Shown piece after piece: positions 24,697-29,836 of a stretch of DNA of 29,836 bases (the stretch's first letter is position 1; every line of letters begins with the position of its first letter). This DNA is from an archaeon. GTDB lineage: Archaea; Iainarchaeota; Iainarchaeia; Iainarchaeales; Iainarchaeaceae. Both the position numbers and the translations under genes were made by a program. The stretch covers positions 1 to 29,836 of the forward strand of contig DATDXA010000004.1 of assembly GCA_035289485.1 (NCBI GenBank), in the 5' to 3' direction. The notes beneath the pieces were generated by a model that saw nothing but the letters and a program-made list of their open reading frames with translations, did no database searches and was not told where the DNA came from.

Positions 24697-25362
24697 ATGA
24701 ATTTTTCAAGAGGGACTGTAAAGAGCAGCCCCTATATAGGCGTATTCTGCACGGTTACTGATGATATAGCACTCGTGCCAAAATCCATTACACAAAAAGA
24801 GCTCTCAGAAATTGAAAAAACCCTTGATGTGAGCGCACTGCGCTGTGAAATTGGAAACAGCGGGCTTGTTGGGATTTTGGCAAAGGGACTTGGAAGAAAA
24901 TTTGCTATTTCTGCGCTTGCGGAAAAGGAAGAGAAAAAGGCGCTTGAAAAGGAAGGCCTTGAAGTGCACACAATAATGCACGGGTTCACTTCAACCGGAA
25001 ACCTTATAGCGTTGAATGAGAACGGCGGCATTGCAAGCCCTTTGCTTGCACAGAGGGAAATTGACGATTTGAACGCTTTTTTCGGGGTCAGATTCAGCAC
25101 CGTGAAAATCGATGACAATGACATATGCGGGGCCAGCACAACAGTAACAAATAAAGGGTTTATCTGCCACCCAAATATAAGCGAAAAGGGCTTTTCAGAG
25201 CTTGAAAAAATCTTTTCCGTAAAAGGCATGCCAACAACCGCAAATTTCGGGGACATGTTTGTTGGAAACAGCGTTCTTGCAAACAGCAAAGGAGTAATGG
25301 CTGGATTGAACACATCAGGTATTGAGCTTTCAAAAATAGATCAGGGACTGAGGGGAGATTGA
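24697..25362 (+). CDS. eif6: Translation initiation factor aIF6
   Basis: IGVF, GNLIALNENG, TNKGFICHP, TANFG and ANSKG...TSGIEL motifs. Confidence 0.94.
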   Translation: MNFSRGTVKSSPYIGVFCTVTDDIALVPKSITQKELSEIEKTLDVSALRCEIGNSGLVGILAKGLGRKFAISALAEKEEKKALEKEGLEVHTIMHGFTSTGNLIALNENGGIASPLLAQREIDDLNAFFGVRFSTVKIDDNDICGASTTVTNKGFICHPNISEKGFSELEKIFSVKGMPTTANFGDMFVGNSVLANSKGVMAGLNTSGIELSKIDQGLRGD

Positions 25363-25553
25363 ACATGGTAGAAAAAGTATTCACAATAGCAGGAACATAC
25401 GCAGAAAAGAGCGGCGAGAAGAAATTCACAAAGGAAATGAGCGCAATCAACCAGAACTTTGCGCGCGAAAAAGTGCTCTCGCAGATAGGCTCAAAGCACG
25501 GGGTTCTGAGAAACGCGATAAAAATCGCATCAATAACAGAGAGAAAAGAGTGA
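25359..25553 (+). CDS. rplX: 50S ribosomal protein LX (L18Ae/eL20)
   Basis: FTKE...AREKVLSQIGSKH..RNAIKI. Confidence 0.92.
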   Translation: MNMVEKVFTIAGTYAEKSGEKKFTKEMSAINQNFAREKVLSQIGSKHGVLRNAIKIASITERKE

Positions 25554-26005
25554 ACAAAATGGCAGAACAAAAAATGACACTGACGGGAAACCAACTGGCT
25601 CAGCTTTCAGAGCAGGAGAGGCGCAAGCTCTCTGAAATAAGCAGGCGCGTGAACTCGCTGCAGAGCTTTAGAAATGAGCTGCAGGCTGCGCGCGATGCGC
25701 TCGAAGAAGTTGGCAAAAACGAGAAAGGAACGCAGATATTAGTAAATCTTGGCGGCGGAGTGTTCATAAAAGCGTCCATCGATGATGCATCAAAGGCGAT
25801 TTCATCCATTGCAGCTAATGCATTCACAGAGAAAAGCGGTAAGGAACTTGTAAAAGAGCTTGACAGAAAAATCGGCAACCTCAATAACTCGCTTGATGCG
25901 GTTGCAGGCGAGCAGCAAAAAGTTGTGATGAGGCTAAACCAGCTAGAGCAGATAATGGAAGCGGGAATGAGAGAGATTAGGAAGGCACGAGATGGGCAAA
26001 AGTAA
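25550..26005 (+). CDS. pfdA: Prefoldin alpha subunit
   Basis: Coiled coils flanking ILVNLGGGVFIKA; located between rplX and ftsY. Confidence 0.9.
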   Translation: MNKMAEQKMTLTGNQLAQLSEQERRKLSEISRRVNSLQSFRNELQAARDALEEVGKNEKGTQILVNLGGGVFIKASIDDASKAISSIAANAFTEKSGKELVKELDRKIGNLNNSLDAVAGEQQKVVMRLNQLEQIMEAGMREIRKARDGQK

Positions 26006-26026
26006 GCCCCAATAAAAATTACATTT

Positions 26027-27346
26027 ATGTTCGAATTTTTAAAGAAGAAAATATCTGGCTTTACGGACAAATTAAAGGAAACAATACAGGGAAAGCAGAA
26101 GGCGCAGGAGAAGCAGCCCTCAAAACCTGAAGAAATTACTCAAGAGCCGGCGCAAGAACAATCTTTGCAAGCAGCTGAAATTAAAACTGATTCTGAAATT
26201 ATTCAACCTGAAAAGCAGGAGCAAACTGCGCAGCAGGCTGAAGAGAAACCTGCTGTGGAGAAAAAGGCGCCCAAAAAAGAAAAACACTCAAAACAAACTC
26301 AGGCGCAGGAAGAGAAAGCGGAAATACAAAATGAAATTCATTCTGAAGCGGCACTTGAAACTGAGCTTCAAGCAGCAGAACCTGAACATGATTTTCAAAT
26401 AGGCGGCGAGGACAGGAGCGCCATAGAAAAAGTAAAGGAAGTGCGAGAGGATGAGAAGCGCGAACTAAAGGCCAAGGTTGGCATAACAAAAAAACTATTC
26501 GGCTTTCTTGGCGGCAAAATAAAAATTTCGGAAGGCGAAATAGGCAATTTCTTTGAAGAATTTGAACTCAGCTTGCTTGAATCTGATGTGCAGCAGGATG
26601 CCGCGGAAGCCATTGTAAAAGAACTCAAAGGAAGAATTTTGGGAAAGGAAATAAGCGCAAAAGAGGACGCCACAAAATTCATTAAAAATGAAATACGTGC
26701 ATCGCTTGCAAAAATAATGGAAACAAACAAAGTGGAGCTGCTTTCTATGAAAGGGCACCCCACTAAAATACTTTTTTTAGGGCCTAACGGAGCTGGCAAA
26801 ACCACATCCATTGCAAAGGTTTCGGATTATTTGATGAAGAAAGGCAAAAGCGTGATACTTGCCGCGGGAGACACATTCAGGGCCGCTTCGATTGAGCAGC
26901 TAGAGGAGCACGCAAATAAGCTTGGAGTGAAAATGATAAAGCACAAATATGGCTCTGACCCTGCGGCGGTTGCATTCGACGCCGTGAAGGCTGCGGAAGC
27001 TAAGGGAATTGATTATGTTCTCATAGATACTGCAGGAAGGCAGGAAACTAATAGGAACCTAATTGAAGAGCTCAAAAAGATTGAACGCGTGGTAAAACCC
27101 GATTTGAAAATTTATGTTGGAGAGGCGTACACGGGGCAAGCTCTGCTGCAGCAAGCAACCGAATTTGACAAAGCTATTGGGATTGATGGATTTATTCTGA
27201 GCAAAATAGATACGGATGCAAAAGGCGGAACAGCGATTTCACTTTTGTACACACTCAAAAAACCGATTCTTTTTGTTGGGACGGGGCAGAGGTATTCGGA
27301 TTTGCTTGAATTTAAGCCGGAATTTATAATTGACAGGATAATTTGA
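26027..27346 (+). CDS. ftsY: SRP receptor FtsY with an acidic N-terminal region
   Basis: MFEFLKKK, GPNGAGKTT, DTFRAA, DTAGR, DAKGG and GTGQ motifs. Confidence 0.96.
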   Translation: MFEFLKKKISGFTDKLKETIQGKQKAQEKQPSKPEEITQEPAQEQSLQAAEIKTDSEIIQPEKQEQTAQQAEEKPAVEKKAPKKEKHSKQTQAQEEKAEIQNEIHSEAALETELQAAEPEHDFQIGGEDRSAIEKVKEVREDEKRELKAKVGITKKLFGFLGGKIKISEGEIGNFFEEFELSLLESDVQQDAAEAIVKELKGRILGKEISAKEDATKFIKNEIRASLAKIMETNKVELLSMKGHPTKILFLGPNGAGKTTSIAKVSDYLMKKGKSVILAAGDTFRAASIEQLEEHANKLGVKMIKHKYGSDPAAVAFDAVKAAEAKGIDYVLIDTAGRQETNRNLIEELKKIERVVKPDLKIYVGEAYTGQALLQQATEFDKAIGIDGFILSKIDTDAKGGTAISLLYTLKKPILFVGTGQRYSDLLEFKPEFIIDRII

Positions 27347-27355
27347 GCTGATGAA

Positions 27356-27811
27356 ATGGAAAAAATAACCCAAAAAATATTCTTTTATGCCGGATTGGTT
27401 TTAGCCGCCATTTTCTTTTTTCAATCAATAAAATGGATTTCAATTATTCCGATCAAAGAAGCACTTGAAATTCTTGGAGTGAGTAACGACCCTCTAAAAA
27501 TAATTTTTTTTGTATTTCTGTCGTACATATTATTTTTCCTTGCGTTTCCAATATTCAAAATTCTGTCAATGCTGGGAATCAGGAAGGATGTAAAAACGAA
27601 AATTGTAGGCAATATTATAACAAAGGGGTTCATGGGATTCTTTATTTTGTTCATTTCACTCATGTCATTTGCCGTATTTTTTGGCGGCTTTGGGAACATT
27701 TTTGAAGGAAAAATTCCTGAATTCCTCAACTGGCACCTATTCTGGTCCTTTCTCATTAATTCTTTTGTGAAACCGGAATTCGAACCTCTTGACAAAAAAG
27801 AAGGAATCTGA
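27356..27811 (+). CDS. Hypothetical multi-TM membrane protein
   Basis: Phe/Ile-rich with 3-4 hydrophobic segments; AT-rich coding sequence. Confidence 0.7.
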   Translation: MEKITQKIFFYAGLVLAAIFFFQSIKWISIIPIKEALEILGVSNDPLKIIFFVFLSYILFFLAFPIFKILSMLGIRKDVKTKIVGNIITKGFMGFFILFISLMSFAVFFGGFGNIFEGKIPEFLNWHLFWSFLINSFVKPEFEPLDKKEGI

Positions 27812-27954
27812 AAACAGTTCGTGCAGGACAGGGTCCCGTCAGGATTATCGGCATCAAAAAATAGTTTTGTATAAAAGCTTTTGGTTATATTTGCACACTG
27901 TGATGGATTCAGGTGTTAAGGCAAACTTTTATTCGCGCTAGCAGTATTTAGTAC

Positions 27955-28287
27955 ATGGCAAATTACAGGATATTCAAAACGCGAGAATTCGATGATGATT
28001 TTGAAAAACTTGAAAAATTCGAAAAAGAACGCGTCCGCAAGTTCCTTGCACAGCTTTCTGAAAAAGGCGGTTCTGTAGGCAAGCCGCTTTCCGTTCCATT
28101 TTTCAGGGAGAAGAAATTTTCGGGCAACAGGCTATATTTCTTGGTTTATGAAAATTTTTTTGTAATTCTGGCGGTTGCAATAAGCGACAAGAAGGCGCAG
28201 CAGGCAACCATAAACGCAATATTGTCAAAACTCGCGGCTTACCAAAGTTATGTTATGGAAACGCTCAAGAAAACGGGCACAATATGA
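27955..28287 (+). CDS. RelE/ParE-like toxin
   Basis: YRIFKTREFDDDFEKL, GKPL..FFREKK and RLYFLV...ILAVAI motifs. Confidence 0.75.
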   Translation: MANYRIFKTREFDDDFEKLEKFEKERVRKFLAQLSEKGGSVGKPLSVPFFREKKFSGNRLYFLVYENFFVILAVAISDKKAQQATINAILSKLAAYQSYVMETLKKTGTI

Positions 28288-28425
28288 TTATTGTTTCCAT
28301 TCGCTGATTCTGCCGTGCCTTATGTCCTCAAGACCCCTGGTTATCTTTGCTACAAGAGAGCGGTCAACTGCAGACCTTTTTTTGAGGCGCACATATTCTT
28401 TCTTTGAAATAGTCACTGTTTCCAT
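28288..28425 (-). CDS. Small archaeal RelB-like antitoxin candidate, 45 aa (below the ORF-track cutoff)
   Basis: METVTISKKEYVRLKKRSAVDRSLVAKITRGLEDIRHGRISEWKQ; has its own TTTTTATA box about 30 nt upstream. Confidence 0.72.
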   Translation of the reverse strand: METVTISKKEYVRLKKRSAVDRSLVAKITRGLEDIRHGRISEWKQ

Positions 28426-28601
28426 TCAAACCACAATATAACTGCAGCACAGAAGTATAAAAATAATTCTATGCCCCATGCATTTCATTTAAAAGGATTA
28501 TTCGATGAGAATTCTTTGCTGATTAGGGAAATGCTTATCCCATTGAAAATGGGATAACAGTCGCTCCCAAAGCGGCGAAAGGGTTGTAAGAGGTTTTTCA
28601 A

Positions 28602-28892
28602 ATGAAAGTTTCTGAACTAAAAGCAAGGGCACCAGTGCCAGCAATGACGCTTGAGATTACTTCAAAGGGCGAACCGCGCCAATGGGCAAACGATAACGGC
28701 TCTGGCAAGGTATGCAGCTGCGCAGGAAAAGACGAGGACGGGCAGGAAGTTAGCATAAGCCTTTGGAATGACCAGATAGATGAGGTCAATGAGGGCGACA
28801 AAATAGAGATAACTGAGGGCTGGTGCTCGGAATTTCGCGGCCAGATGCAGGTTTCAACAGGCAAGAAAGGCGCACTAAAAGTGCTCAAATAA
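28602..28892 (+). CDS. Single OB-fold ssDNA-binding protein (SSB/RPA-like)
   Basis: MKVSELK, KDEDG.VSISLWNDQ...EGD.IEITEGW..EFRG.MQVSTGK. Confidence 0.88.
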   Translation: MKVSELKARAPVPAMTLEITSKGEPRQWANDNGSGKVCSCAGKDEDGQEVSISLWNDQIDEVNEGDKIEITEGWCSEFRGQMQVSTGKKGALKVLK

Positions 28893-29115
28893 CCCTTTTG
28901 CAAAAAACCAAATTCCGGATTAAAGGCATTTTAATCAATCTATAGCCGTATTTGACTAGTTTGACTAATTAAAGTGGCTGGTTTAAATACTCCGGAAGCA
29001 GCATATAGTAGTAGGATTGGATTTAGTAGCAAATACCTTTTTCTAAGGGTCTTCAAAGGATTGCTGAGAACAGGGGCTTGCGTGCCATTCCTTTGGTTAA
29101 CGGAGGAGAAATAAA

Positions 29116-29460
29116 ATGGAATTTGGGGATAGAGAAAATAGGTCAAGAGGCAGCAGAGGGCCGATACCGGTCAAAGAAGGCGACACATATGATGTCGAGA
29201 TTGAAGGAATCGGCGAAAAGGGAGATGGCATAGCAAAAATCAACGGCTATGTGATCATTGTTCCTAATGTTAAGAAAGGCGACCAGGTAAAGGTGCGCGT
29301 CAACGCCGTAAGGGGCAAGGTAAGCTTTGGAGAAGTAATAGGAGAGGCAACCTCGGCAAGCGCTGCAGAAGAGGAACCAAAGGAAGACGGGGACGACATG
29401 GGCGAGGATTCAATGGATGAAGACCTTGACGAAACTGAAGAGAAAAAAGAGGAAGAGTAA
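29116..29460 (+). CDS. Single TRAM-domain RNA-binding protein with an acidic tail
   Basis: PVKEGDTYDVEIEGIGEKGDGIAKINGYVIIVP...GDQVKVRV; GGAGG RBS. Confidence 0.93.
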   Translation: MEFGDRENRSRGSRGPIPVKEGDTYDVEIEGIGEKGDGIAKINGYVIIVPNVKKGDQVKVRVNAVRGKVSFGEVIGEATSASAAEEEPKEDGDDMGEDSMDEDLDETEEKKEEE

Positions 29461-29510
29461 TTCTTAAAACAGGATTCAAAGGATTGGAAAAACAACGGGG
29501 GGAGAAAAAA

Positions 29511-29726
29511 ATGTCAAGTCTTGATGAACTACTTGGGCTAGAGTCCAGCGAACAATTCAGGGTAAAGCTCCTAAAGCAGGAATTTAAGCTAAGGAAGAAA
29601 CAGCCTGAGGCGTGGACAAAGACAAAGTACAGGCCGTATGCGAACTTCCGCACAAAGAAGAGGGAAGATCTAATAGACACAGCGGCAAGCGCAACAACGG
29701 CAAAAGTCATTGTTGCAAAAGCGTAA
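29511..29726 (+). CDS. Hypothetical basic protein, 71 aa
   Basis: ATG 29511 after a GGGGGAG RBS; followed by three hairpins. Confidence 0.6.
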   Translation: MSSLDELLGLESSEQFRVKLLKQEFKLRKKQPEAWTKTKYRPYANFRTKKREDLIDTAASATTAKVIVAKA

Positions 29727-29836
29727 AACAACAGTTTCGGCTGTTGGGTACGACGGTTATCCCATCCGCAAGATGGGATAAGCCAATTTTATTTTTTAGG
29801 GACCCCGCAAGGGGCCCTGAACCTAATTTTTTCAAA

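Noticed and set aside
29461..29836. tmRNA-like tag (AN...VAKA stop) followed by hairpins
   Set aside because: No tRNA-like 5' domain (GGGG...GATTCGAC); the ORF has a normal RBS and ATG.
1..29836. CRISPR array, rRNA, transposase or provirus
   Set aside because: No regularly spaced repeats, rRNA signatures, or transposase, integrase or capsid ORFs were recognised.

Overview
Archaeal chromosome segment, most likely from a DPANN lineage. Diapherotrites/Iainarchaeota is only an inference from gene content, leaderless genes about 20 nt downstream of TTTAAA boxes, GGTG(A) ribosome-binding sites and a class III signal peptide. Core content: the conserved rnp4...rps19e-PDCD5-rpl39e-rpl31e-aIF6-rplX-pfdA-ftsY cluster, dnaG, hjc, tmk, pth2, an RbgA-type GTPase, AlaX, lemA-htpX, SSB, TRAM and three tRNAs (Val-TAC, Gly-GCC, Gly-TCC). 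Unusual content: (1) an ORF missing from the ORF track (1495 to <1, minus) encoding a shortened, apparently catalytically dead family-B DNA polymerase with no exonuclease domain; (2) a nurA-herA operon split by an AbrB/VapC pair, a 38-aa Zn ribbon and a pseudophosphatase, with a 621-aa multi-HTH LAGLIDADG intein in the HerA Walker A; (3) the same 15-mer at nearly the same promoter position upstream of the dead PolB and nurA; (4) a dispersed, covarying structured element (three clear copies, one weak); (5) a MALAT1/ENE-like U-rich/U-rich/A-rich triple-helix pattern directly 5' of tRNA-Val; (6) a convergent RelE / RelB-like pair. All family and structure calls come from reading motifs by eye; no searches were run.
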